Shown here: positions 1-7,975 of the stretch, piece after piece
How positions within the stretch are numbered: position 1 is the first letter of the stretch
Layout: each line of letters begins with the position of its first letter
Virus record (IMG/VR): IMGVR_UViG_2740892231_000001
Length of the DNA: 21,088 bases
DNA from: a virus
Lineage: Duplodnaviria; Heunggongvirae; Uroviricota; Caudoviricetes
Strand: one strand, 5' to 3'
Program-made: the position numbers and the translations under genes
The notes under the pieces: model-generated
Told to the model about the DNA's origin: nothing
The model's input: the letters and a program-made list of their open reading frames with translations, nothing else
The model's database searches: none

Positions 1-777
1 GCATCCGGCCCTCCCGGCTCGCCTTTTTCGCCCTTCTCTCCCCGTTCACCTTTCACACCCTGAAGCCCCTGTGGTCCTGTCTCACCACGCTCACCCTTTG
101 GCCCACGCTCGCCGGTATCGCCTTTTGGCCCGGGAATACCCTGTGGCCCGGTGTCCCCCTTATCCCCCTTCGGTCCCCGCGCATTCTCTGCCCGTTTTTT
201 TGCCTCCTCCGCACTGGCTGCGGACGCTTCCGCACGTTTCAGGATTTCCGCTGCCACCGCTTCCAGCTCTGCAAGGGCTTTCGGGTAATANNNNNNNNNN
301 CCGCTCGCCGGTATCGCCTTTTGGCCCGGGAATACCCTGTGGCCCGGTGTCTCCCTTATCCCCCTTCGGTCCCCGCGCATTCTCTGCCCGTTTCTTCGCT
401 TCCTCTGCACTCGCCGCTGACGCTTCCGCACGTTTCAGGATTTCCGCTGCCACCGCTTCCAGCTCTGCAAGGGCTTTCGGGTAATACTGTGCGTCTTCCA
501 GGTCCATCAGAAATTTATTCAGCGTTCCCGGTGCAGAATCCGCCTTCACCAGAATGTCACCCACATATGACGGCGCGTACCCTTCCGTGTTCAGCGTCAC
601 CCGGTACAACCCCGGCTCAACATCCATACTGTAACTGCCGGTTTCCCCCGGCTGACCATACGCCACCGTGGTGACAATCACCGTCTCCGTTGTGCGGCGC
701 GCTTTCAGCTCTATCGTGCATCCCGGTACCGCTTTTCCCGTACCATCCTTCAGCACACCCGATATTCTGACTGTCAT
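1..777 (-). CDS. stf: Side tail fibre protein, N-terminal part (partial; gene continues beyond the window start; reading frame broken by the 10-N gap at 291-300)
   Basis: ATG at 777-775 preceded by GGGGGA RBS. N-terminus [15 protein letters not shown]... resembles lambda Stf N-terminus [15 protein letters not shown] (recalled). Collagen-like [24 protein letters not shown] repeats; translating the minus strand of 1-290 continues Gly-X-Y repeats to base 1. Confidence 0.8.
291..300. other. 10-N assembly gap inside stf, flanked by a ~185-bp imperfect direct duplication (106-290 and 302-486)
   Basis: Run of n. The flanks are near-identical; all differences I checked are synonymous in the stf frame. 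Confidence 0.9.
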
Positions 778-790
778 GGATTTCCCCCAT

Positions 791-824
791 AAAAAAACCG
801 CAGTACCGGTTTCCCGGCCTGCGG
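791..824 (-). terminator. Rho-independent terminator immediately upstream of the stf RBS
   Basis: Minus strand reads CCGCAG-g-CCGG-gaaa-CCGG-ta-CUGCGG followed by U7 (plus-strand A-run 791-797). The stf start follows about 14 nt downstream. Confidence 0.55.
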
Positions 825-919
825 TAAAATTTGTGGTTTGTTGGTGCTAAAACGGTGCCGTCCGGCTGACCACCCTCAGCAACCGGTCGGCGGGGGATAT
901 TCTCCCCCGCCACGGTTTC

Positions 920-1060
920 TTACTGCTTACACTGTAAGAACGCCGCAATCTCCGCGCCCGCTATCCGGAACCGGAACTCGCACAGTGAAGTGTGGGTGAT
1001 CCAGATAATGAGCACTACCGTGATACAAATCACGGTGGTTTTTAACGGTTTTTGCGACAT
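920..1060 (-). CDS. Hok/Gef-family type I toxin-like small membrane protein (46 aa: MSQKPLKTTVICITVVLIIWITHTSLCEFRFRIAGAEIAAFLQCKQ)
   Basis: Hand-translated; below the 60-aa cutoff of the ORF track. ATG at 1060 with AAGGAG RBS 8 nt upstream, TAA at 922-920. Hydrophobic helix VICITVVLIIW resembles Gef IVICITAVV; SLCEFRFR and EIAAFLQCK resemble Hok/Gef/HokA motifs (DLCEVHIR, EVAAF, AAFLACK), recalled from memory. Confidence 0.6.
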   Translation of the reverse strand: MSQKPLKTTVICITVVLIIWITHTSLCEFRFRIAGAEIAAFLQCKQ

Positions 1061-1184
1061 AAACGCTTGCTCCTTTTACGGAGAGGCGCTAACCTTTCAC
1101 TTGCTTAGGATGAATGGTCAGGCCTCGGGTTAAACATGAATGTTTGTCCGGGGCCTTTTCACATCCGGCCTTCAGGTGTTCCCT

Positions 1185-1194
1185 NNNNNNNNNN
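1185..1194. other. 10-N gap in the J/hok intergenic region, flanked by a 66-bp duplication (1119-1184 and 1217-1282)
   Basis: Run of n with the same sequence on both sides. Confidence 0.9.
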
Positions 1195-1356
1195 CAATTT
1201 GCTGAAGATCGAAAGTCAGGCCTCGGGTTAAACATGAATGTTTGTCCGGGGCCTTTTCACATCCGGCCTTCAGGTGTTCCCTCCGGCCATCAGCCAAAGG
1301 CACCCGCGCATACTGTACGGTTTTTGTCTCCTTCCGGCAATCCCGGGGCGCGATGT

Positions 1357-4300
1357 TCAGCGGATACTGATCCCCGCGCTGTTTTTCTTCACCACTATCG
1401 CCTGAAGGTTACTGATACGTGAACTGCCAAAACTCCCGTTCTGACGTCGTGAACTTACGGTAAAACTCAGGGTGATATGACCATGACCGGCTGGCATATC
1501 GATGATCCCGCTGAAAATTCCCGGCTCTGTCACTGACCTGCCTGAATAAATCCGGCGTCCGTTCTGATCAACATGCAGGAAGCACTCTGTCCAGATGTCA
1601 TTACTGGTGCGGGATTCCTGTTTTGACCCGACATAGATTATCGGCGGGATTATAATCTGCCGGTCAAAGCTGTGATCGTCATACACCGTCAGCGTTCGTG
1701 TACCGTTCGCAAGGTAACTACCATCCACCGGAAAAGCCACCCCTGCACATTTCACAAGATCACCAATAATGTTCTCCGCTTTCAGCGTGCCATTTATCGT
1801 ACAGTTCTCCGCTATCACGACATTATTGAGCGTGCCCGAGTTCGCACTGATATGTCCGCTGATGTCCGCATTGCGGGCCGTCAGCCTGCCCTCCGGCGTC
1901 AGGGAGAACGTCGGGGGATTGCCGGACGAGGTGATGCTCACTGCAAACAGTCGCTTCAGGAACACGTCGTTCATGAACAGCTGATTCCCCTGCGCCACAA
2001 ACAGCGGCGTGGTGTTGCCGTTCTCCGGGTTAATCATCGCGATACGGTCCGCCTGCAGCAGTATATTGCTCAGGGGCTGGCCATCAGCATCCTCAATCCC
2101 CGCACCAATACCGGCAACATACGGAATGCCGTTTTTTGTTTTCTGCACCTTCAGCATGTACAGCGCAGCCAGGTCGTTATTTGTGTCTGTCTGCACCCGC
2201 TGTATNNNNNNNNNNAATATTGCTCAGGGGCTGGCCATCAGCATCCTCAATCCCCGCACCTATACCGGCAACATACGGAATGCCGTTTTTCGTTTTCTGC
2301 ACCTTCAGCATGTACAGCGCAGCCAGGTCGTTATTTGTGTCTGTCTGCACCCGCTGTATCTGCTGTATGGTGGCACTCTGGTCTTCCAGGGTTTTACTGA
2401 CCGTCTGTGTGATTTCATTGCGGGTTTCTGTGATGGTGGTCTTCATCTCCGCCATCTCATCATCAAGCTGGCTGTTATCAATCAGCTCCCACATCCCCTG
2501 TGCCAGATGTGTCTTCCCGATTTCTCCTCTGAAAAAGTCCAGATACCCTTCCGCATCATTGCTCGCCCGGCCACTGGCTTCCACAAACGCAGATTTCCCC
2601 ACCAGATTGACGCTGCGCACATAAAACCAGAAATCCTTCCCCGGCTTAATGTGCGGGCCGGAGACACTCCACTGGCTGCCTGTCCCCAGATAACGGGCAA
2701 AGGTTTCCACCTGTGCCATGTCCGTGATGCGTTTTTCTGAGAACCAGAATTCAGACTGTACCGTCGGGTCATACACCGCCAGCACCGGTACTGCTGTTAT
2801 CTGATAATACCCCGGCGTCAGCTCAATGCTGGCCGGTGCTGCAGGCGCATTAATCCGGAACGCGGTGGTGGCAGGTTCGCCCTGCTGGCCGTAGCTGTTT
2901 ATCGCCCTGACCGTCAGGGTGTATTCCCCCAGAGGCAGGCCACTGAAACGGTGCTCCGTGTCGGCAGTGATGGCGGTGGTCACCAGGCGGCTGTTTTCAC
3001 CACTGCCACTGGTCAGGCGCAGACTGAAGCGCACGCCCTTCACCACCCGCGGCGTGTCCCATTTCGCCAGCGCCAGATACTGGCCGTCTGAGGCACTCAC
3101 CTCCACCGTGAGGTGCTGCACTGCCGGCGGGATGACGCTGTTCAGTGAACCGGTGAGCGGCTCAAAGGTGGCCCCGTTATCCACGATGGCTTCTTTTTCC
3201 GGTACGTGCTGCACTGCCGTGATGGCAAAGGTGCCGTCCGTGTTTTCCCGGATGGAAACACAGCGGAACAGGCGACGACGCAGTGACGGCAGGGAGAGTC
3301 CCCACACACCGTATGTCTCCACGCCATCAGGCAGGACGCTGACCTGTATCCGGTCAGGGGCGGGGTGTGCAGTGATGTCCACGCGCACCGGCTTACCGCT
3401 GCCGTTAATCAGGTTCACCGTCGANNNNNNNNNNGACACAGCGGAACAGGCGACGGCGCAGTGACGGCAGGGAGAGTCCCCACACCCCGTATGTCTCCAC
3501 ACCATCAGGCAGGGTACTGACCTGTATCCGGTCCGGGGCGGGGTGTGCAGTGATGTCCACGCGCACCGGCTTACCGCTGCCGTTAATCAGGTTCACCGTC
3601 GATGTCCCTGCTTCCGGCAGTGTCACCTCACGGTCCAGCGTCAGGGTACGGCTGGCGGCATCGATGGACAGGATGCGTCCGCCGGTCAGGGTCCCTGCGT
3701 AGTCGTTATCACAGATTTCAATAATGTCACCGGGCGTGTGCCGCAGCCCCTGTGACCCGAGCGTGAAATCCACCGTCTGCGTTTCCAGCAGTTCTGTCTT
3801 TATCACCCACAGTCCGGCACGGTGGGCCTGACCGCGGCTGGTACAGCCGAACGCATCCATCTTCAGCAGATTGCGCCCGTAGCGCAGGATGGCGTCCGGG
3901 TCTTCCACCAGTTCCGTGGAAGTCTGCCAGCCGTTCTGCGGGTCGGTGTAATTCACCTCCACCGCCGTGTGCCGGTCCTTCAGGGCACTGAAGCTGTAGC
4001 GGAACCCCACGCCGTTATCATCCACCACCACATCGCTGTTGGTGTACGGCCACACCACATCCGACGGGCGGTCCTGAACGAACGTCAGCGTCTGGCCGTT
4101 CCATACCGGCATACAGCGCATCGCCGAGCAGAAATCCCCCAGGACATCCCACACCTTACGCTGCTGTGACAGGTACGCATTGAAAGTCATCCGCGGCTCT
4201 GTTCCCCCGAAACCATCCGGGACCGTCTGGTCACAGTACTGCCCGATGGCATACAGTGCCCACTTGTCCACGTCCGGGGCCCCCAGGCGTTTTCCCATGC

Positions 4301-5352
4301 CGTAGCGCGGGTGGGTCAGCATGTCCCACAGGCACCAGGCCGGGTTATTGCTGTATGCCGGTTTCAGNNNNNNNNNNAAAGGTCATCCGCGGCTCTGTGC
4401 CCCCGAAACCATCCGGGACCGTCTGGTCGCAGTACTGCCCGATGGCATACAGTGCCCACTTGTCCACATCCGCGGCCCCCAGGCGTTTTCCCATCCCGTA
4501 GCGCGGGTGGGTCAGCATGTCCCACAGGCACCAGGCCGGGTTATTGCTGTATGCCGGTTTCAGACTCCCGTCCCAGATACCGCTGTAGGTGCGTTTTTCC
4601 GGGTCATAGTTTGACGGCACCTGAATGATGCGACCACGGATATGGTAGTTCACCGTCAGCTGCTGGCCACCAAACTGCTCCGCATCCACCTGCAGCCCCA
4701 CAATGGCCGTGTTCGGGTAGCACTGTTTCACATCGATGATTTCGGTGTATGACGACCACAGCGTTCTGTTCTGCAGCTGGTCCGTGGTGCTGTCCGCCGT
4801 CACCCTGACCATCCGGATGTTAAAGGGGCGCTCAGGGAGATTATTCAGAATCACCGACGTCAGATACTGCGAGGTGGTCTTGCCGTTAATGGTGACATCC
4901 TTCTCCGTCACCCAGTGCCCGTTACGCTCAAGCTGAATCAGCAGGCGGACAGAAGAGGGATTACGGTCACCCTTTGAGGTGGTCTCCACCAGTGACTGTA
5001 CCCCGAAGGTGACCCGCAGACGGTCAATGTTCGCTGACGTGATGGTGCGCGTCACCGGCTTTGCCTTCGTCACCTCCACGCCCAGTGCGGTTTCTGCCCC
5101 GGAGGACTCAAAGCCTTCCGGCGGTGTCTGCTCCTGCTCCCCGGCACGCCAGACGGCGGTCACACCGTGTATCACGGGATTACCGTCCGTGTCCGTCAGC
5201 GGGGTTTTGTTCACCAGAATACTCTGCAGTCCCTTCACCGGACCTTCCACCGGTCCCTCACCAATGGCATCAATCACGCTCATCATCTGCGTGGATTTGA
5301 GATTGTCCTTCGCCTCACGCGGTGTGTGCCCCTTGCCGCCCCCTTTACCCAC
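1357..5352 (-). CDS. J: Tail tip / host specificity protein J (central tail fibre); reading frame apparently broken three times by 10-N gaps with duplicated flanks
   Basis: GTG start at 5352 with AGGAG RBS. N-terminus [22 protein letters not shown] and C-terminus ...[17 protein letters not shown]...[10 protein letters not shown] match lambda gpJ (recalled) across the four ORF fragments 4345-5352, 3405-4322, 2177-3505 and 1357-2196. Net length after removing duplications is about 1150 aa, against 1132 aa for lambda J. Confidence 0.95.
2206..2215. other. 10-N gap inside J, flanked by a ~144-bp imperfect duplication (2062-2205 and 2216-2359)
   Basis: Run of n with near-identical flanks (2 mismatches seen). 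Confidence 0.9.
3425..3434. other. 10-N gap inside J, flanked by a ~168-bp imperfect duplication (3257-3424 and 3435-3602)
   Basis: Run of n with near-identical flanks carrying several mismatches. Confidence 0.9.
4368..4377. other. 10-N gap inside J, flanked by a ~185-bp imperfect duplication (4183-4367 and 4378-4563)
   Basis: Run of n with near-identical flanks carrying several mismatches. Confidence 0.9.
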
Positions 5353-5392
5353 TCTGTCCCCCTCTCCTGTCTGATGTCTGAATCTGTTTATG

Positions 5393-5426
5393 CCAGAAAA
5401 CGACAGGCACCCCGGAGGGTGCCTGT
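5393..5426 (-). promoter_or_regulatory. Stable hairpin followed by U-rich tract about 40 nt upstream of the J start (terminator- or attenuator-like)
   Basis: 10-bp perfect stem ACAGGCACCC / GGGUGCCUGU (5403-5412 and 5417-5426) with a 4-nt loop. On the minus strand it is followed by CGUUUUCUGG. Confidence 0.3.
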
Positions 5427-5440
5427 GTCATGACGGAATA

Positions 5441-5556
5441 AAATTTCTGAAATTCTTCACATTTCCGGCAATTGCCTGTAGCCACTATAATGACGCAGCG
5501 TTACAGTTTTTTTGCTCAATAAAAGCAATAATTATCAGACCTCCTTAAGGTGACTA
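5441..5556 (+). repeat. Unit A of a tandem pair of paralogous ~115-bp non-coding units in the I-J intergenic insert
   Basis: Shares with unit B the blocks tctgaa(a)tttcttcacattt, gcgttacagtttttt, tcaataaaa and ctcctt in the same order and spacing. Confidence 0.6.
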
Positions 5557-5600
5557 TTCGTCTCCCGTCAGTATCCGGCGATATTACGGGAGATTTTTTT
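5498..5600 (+). ncRNA. Candidate small RNA A, antisense in orientation to the tail operon
   Basis: Perfect -10 hexamer TATAAT at 5486-5491, weak -35. Conserved body. Ends at an intrinsic terminator: bulged hairpin 5561-5593 then T7 at 5594-5600. No conserved ORF. Confidence 0.3.
5561..5600 (+). terminator. Rho-independent terminator (plus strand)
   Basis: Stem tctcccgt / acgggaga, extended by an inner 5-bp helix around loop ccggcg, followed by ttttttt. Confidence 0.6.
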
Positions 5601-5678
5601 GCTTCAGCCACACCACAACATCCTGCTCATTTACGCCACTGGTACCCTGGCGGTCATCCGTTCTGTAAACCTGCGACA

Positions 5679-5790
5679 GAAAAAGTCTGAATTTCTTCAC
5701 ATTTTCTGTACGTTCCCGTGGCAGATATCATTCCGGGGCGTTACAGTTTTTTCGGGTCAATAAAAACAAAACTCCTTGAACGTTAATCTT
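5679..5790 (+). repeat. Unit B of the tandem pair of paralogous non-coding units in the I-J intergenic insert
   Basis: Aligns with unit A block by block; diverged between the conserved blocks. Confidence 0.6.
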
Positions 5791-5840
5791 CATCGGTTCT
5801 GTCCCGCAGCTCCGCTAACTCTGCGGGATTTTTTTTTATT
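5738..5840 (+). ncRNA. Candidate small RNA B, paralogue of A
   Basis: -10-like TATCAT at 5726-5731, at the position aligned to the TATAAT of unit A. Conserved blocks. Ends at hairpin 5803-5827 then T9 at 5829-5837. Confidence 0.3.
5801..5837 (+). terminator. Rho-independent terminator (plus strand), abutting the stop codon of gene I
   Basis: Stem cccgcag / ctgcggg (5803-5809 and 5821-5827) with an 11-nt loop, followed by nine T. Confidence 0.6.
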
Positions 5841-5841
5841 T

Positions 5842-6522
5842 TTATCCCCGCCCGATAACCACCACTTTCCCGTCTCCGCCCTCATCACGGGTGCTGATAT
5901 CCTGGGATATCCGTCGTGAACCAACCAGCATTTCACCGTAAGGCACCGGCATCGGGTTACCCTGGGCAATCATGTTGTCCAGTGACGAAAAATACGTGTT
6001 CTGTTTACCGTTATCCGTACTTTTATACTCCGGCGTCTTTGCCTTCGGGGCCAGCATCTGAGCCACACCACCCAGTATCATGCTGGCACCCAGTGAGAAC
6101 AGCATCGTGGTGGCAGTCAGCCCTCCGGCACTCAGGGCTGCGCCCCATGCCGCCAGTGTTGCACCACCAGTGAAAAATGACCCGACAATCGCTGCAACCC
6201 CCAGCACCACCTGAAAAACACCATTTCCCCCGGCTCCGGCCAGTCGCGGCACAATGTGGATGACCGCTCCCTCACCCAGTTGTTCGTGAAGACGGGCGTA
6301 CACCGCCTCCGGTGCGGTATCCTCACCGGCAATACGTATCTGATACCAGCCTTCGTTCATCTGACCGCGGAATCCCGGCACCTGCAGCGACAGGGCACGG
6401 ATGGCCTCCGCTGCCGTGTTCACATACAGGCTGATGCGGCGACCAAATCGTTGTAAATCCCCGTGAAGGCAGATGCGGACCAGTGGCGGTGACGCCAGAC
6501 AGAATGCGTTCGTCGTTGCCAT
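5842..6522 (-). CDS. I: Tail assembly protein I
   Basis: 226 aa. Resembles lambda gpI (223 aa, recalled): ...RICLYGDLQRFGRRI...WYQIRIAG...YFSSLDNM.AQGN. Position between K and J. Confidence 0.9.
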   Translation of the reverse strand: MATTNAFCLASPPLVRICLHGDLQRFGRRISLYVNTAAEAIRALSLQVPGFRGQMNEGWYQIRIAGEDTAPEAVYARLHEQLGEGAVIHIVPRLAGAGGNGVFQVVLGVAAIVGSFFTGGATLAAWGAALSAGGLTATTMLFSLGASMILGGVAQMLAPKAKTPEYKSTDNGKQNTYFSSLDNMIAQGNPMPVPYGEMLVGSRRISQDISTRDEGGDGKVVVIGRG

Positions 6523-7266
6523 TTTTCAGAATACCTCTCCCGTTTACTCAGTTGTTCAGGTATATGGTGAAGCAGTTCACCGTTGCCACAGTAAATGGCG
6601 GCATGATTCGGCACCGATGAACCAAAGCAGCACAGCAGGATATCGCCCGCCTGTGCACAGGACGGAGACACCCGGTAAAAGCCGTTGTCTGCCAGGTTGT
6701 CCAGGTACAGGTTCTGACCGTTGCGCCACCAGTCATCCTCACGCACAAAATCCGGCAGCGTTATCCCCGCCAGATGGTATGCATCCCGGAACAGGGTGTA
6801 ACAGTCCGTCACACCGTGTTCAAAGCGCCGTCCGGTCAGGTGCGGCACACAGCGGAACCGGTGAATGTCACCCCGGCAGACCAGCCACCAGGGCAGGGCA
6901 CTCTTTATCTGCAGCCGCCGGTCCGCCTCGCTCAGCCAGGGCAGTCCACCGGGATGACTGTGGACCAGCGCCACAATCTCCCCCTGCATCTGTGCCTGCA
7001 GCCAGTCTTCCGGTGCAATACGAAAATACGCCTCCGGCTCTGCGGAGATATTCACGCAGGACTGGTACCGTTCGCCCTCCGGNNNNNNNNNNCTGTGCCT
7101 GCAGCCAGTCTTCCGGCGCAATACGAAAATACGCCTCCGGCTCTGCGGAGATATTCACGCAGGACTGGTACCGTTCGCCCTCCGGGGTGCTTATCACGAA
7201 GCCGCACGACTCCGCAGGCGCACACCGCCGGGCATGCGCCAGAATCACTGATTCAGTCTGTGTCAT
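6420..7266 (-). CDS. K: Tail tip assembly protein K (NlpC/P60 plus JAMM/MPN domain); interrupted by the 10-N gap at 7083-7092 with duplicated flanks
   Basis: ATG at 7266. MTQTESVILAHARRCAPAESCGFV... matches the lambda gpK N-terminus (recalled). HSHPGG metal-binding motif. C-terminal part ...LLCCFGSSVPNHAAIYCG... Overlaps the I start by about 100 bp, as in lambda. Confidence 0.9.
7083..7092. other. 10-N gap inside K, flanked by a ~94-bp duplication (6989-7082 and 7093-7186)
   Basis: Run of n with near-identical flanks (1 mismatch). Confidence 0.9.
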
Positions 7267-7276
7267 AAAACGGGAT

Positions 7277-7975
7277 TTACTGCGAAAGTTTATTAATGGA
7301 AAGGAAACCGCCGAAATTAGCCACCATGCCGCGCATCTCACACCCGCGCATGCATTTACTGCATCTGTCCTTCCGGATATCCGTGGTAGGGTTGTCGAAC
7401 TCATCCGCCACTGCCGGACCGTTATACCCGCACTCATCGCCCCGGTAATCCCACATACAGGTGTTCGCCAGCATGATGCGACCGGGAAACAGCGCCCCGT
7501 CCGTCTCCGTCGGTGTCGCCAGCACAAACGAGGCCGTCATGGCCGTCAGCGATGACATCTGCTCCACCACCCACCGGTCCGTCAGCTCCTGCTCCGGGTC
7601 GGCCTCAGGATTGCCTGCCACAAAATTCACCGCATCCAGAAAACGCGCATACACCCGGCGACGGACCACCGTGGCACCCACCAGGCTCTGCAAATCCTCC
7701 GCCATCCCGGTGACAAGGCCAAACAGATTGGACACCGTCAGCGACGGGCGGGCACTGCTGCCCTTTCCGTTCATCTCAAAGCCGCTGCCCTCAATCGGGT
7801 ACGCCTGATATTCACGCCCCTGCCAGGTCACCGGCTCCCCTTTTTCATTCAGCTCATTGCAGAAAAAATACCGCTCACCGCCCTGCACCGTCAGGTCGAT
7901 TTCCCAGAGCACCACCCGCGGTGACTGCTCTGATTTAACCGACTCGTTCAGGCTTTCTTCGTGAATATCCTGCAT
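7277..7975 (-). CDS. L: Minor tail protein L
   Basis: 232 aa, the same length as lambda gpL. MQDIHEESLNE...VVLWEIDLT...GGERYFFCNE matches the recalled lambda sequence. C-terminal Cys cluster CSKCMRGC. Confidence 0.92.
   Translation of the reverse strand: MQDIHEESLNESVKSEQSPRVVLWEIDLTVQGGERYFFCNELNEKGEPVTWQGREYQAYPIEGSGFEMNGKGSSARPSLTVSNLFGLVTGMAEDLQSLVGATVVRRRVYARFLDAVNFVAGNPEADPEQELTDRWVVEQMSSLTAMTASFVLATPTETDGALFPGRIMLANTCMWDYRGDECGYNGPAVADEFDNPTTDIRKDRCSKCMRGCEMRGMVANFGGFLSINKLSQ

Noticed and set aside
160-777. ORF-track fragments containing XXXX (the 160 end of this ORF, 2177-3505, 3405-4322, 4345-5352, 6420-7121) read as truncated genes or pseudogenes
   Set aside because: The frame breaks coincide exactly with the 10-N gaps and their duplicated flanks. 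The residues after XXXX in the 160-777 ORF are out-of-frame junk. These are assembly artefacts, not gene decay.
618-913. 98-aa minus-strand ORF overlapping the stf start and upstream terminator
   Set aside because: Out of frame with stf, spans the terminator hairpins, no RBS. Spurious.
778-1356. Search for a lom-like outer-membrane protein gene between J and stf, as in lambda
   Set aside because: No ORF of suitable size (about 200 aa) on the minus strand here. The space holds the 46-aa hok-like ORF and structured non-coding sequence instead.
5441-5840. The two repeated units as a CRISPR array or as small protein genes
   Set aside because: Only two copies, about 120 bp each with no short repeat-spacer periodicity. 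The minus-strand AGGAGG-like motifs are followed only by TTG or ATT codons in frames not conserved between the units, and a 10-codon ATG ORF in unit A has no counterpart in unit B.
6473-7555. 360-aa plus-strand ORF, with neighbouring plus-strand ORFs such as 8445-9302, 1672-2400 and 2009-2740
   Set aside because: All are antisense to well-supported tail genes (K, L, H, J) and have Pro/Arg/Ser-rich junk-like translations. Treated as spurious.
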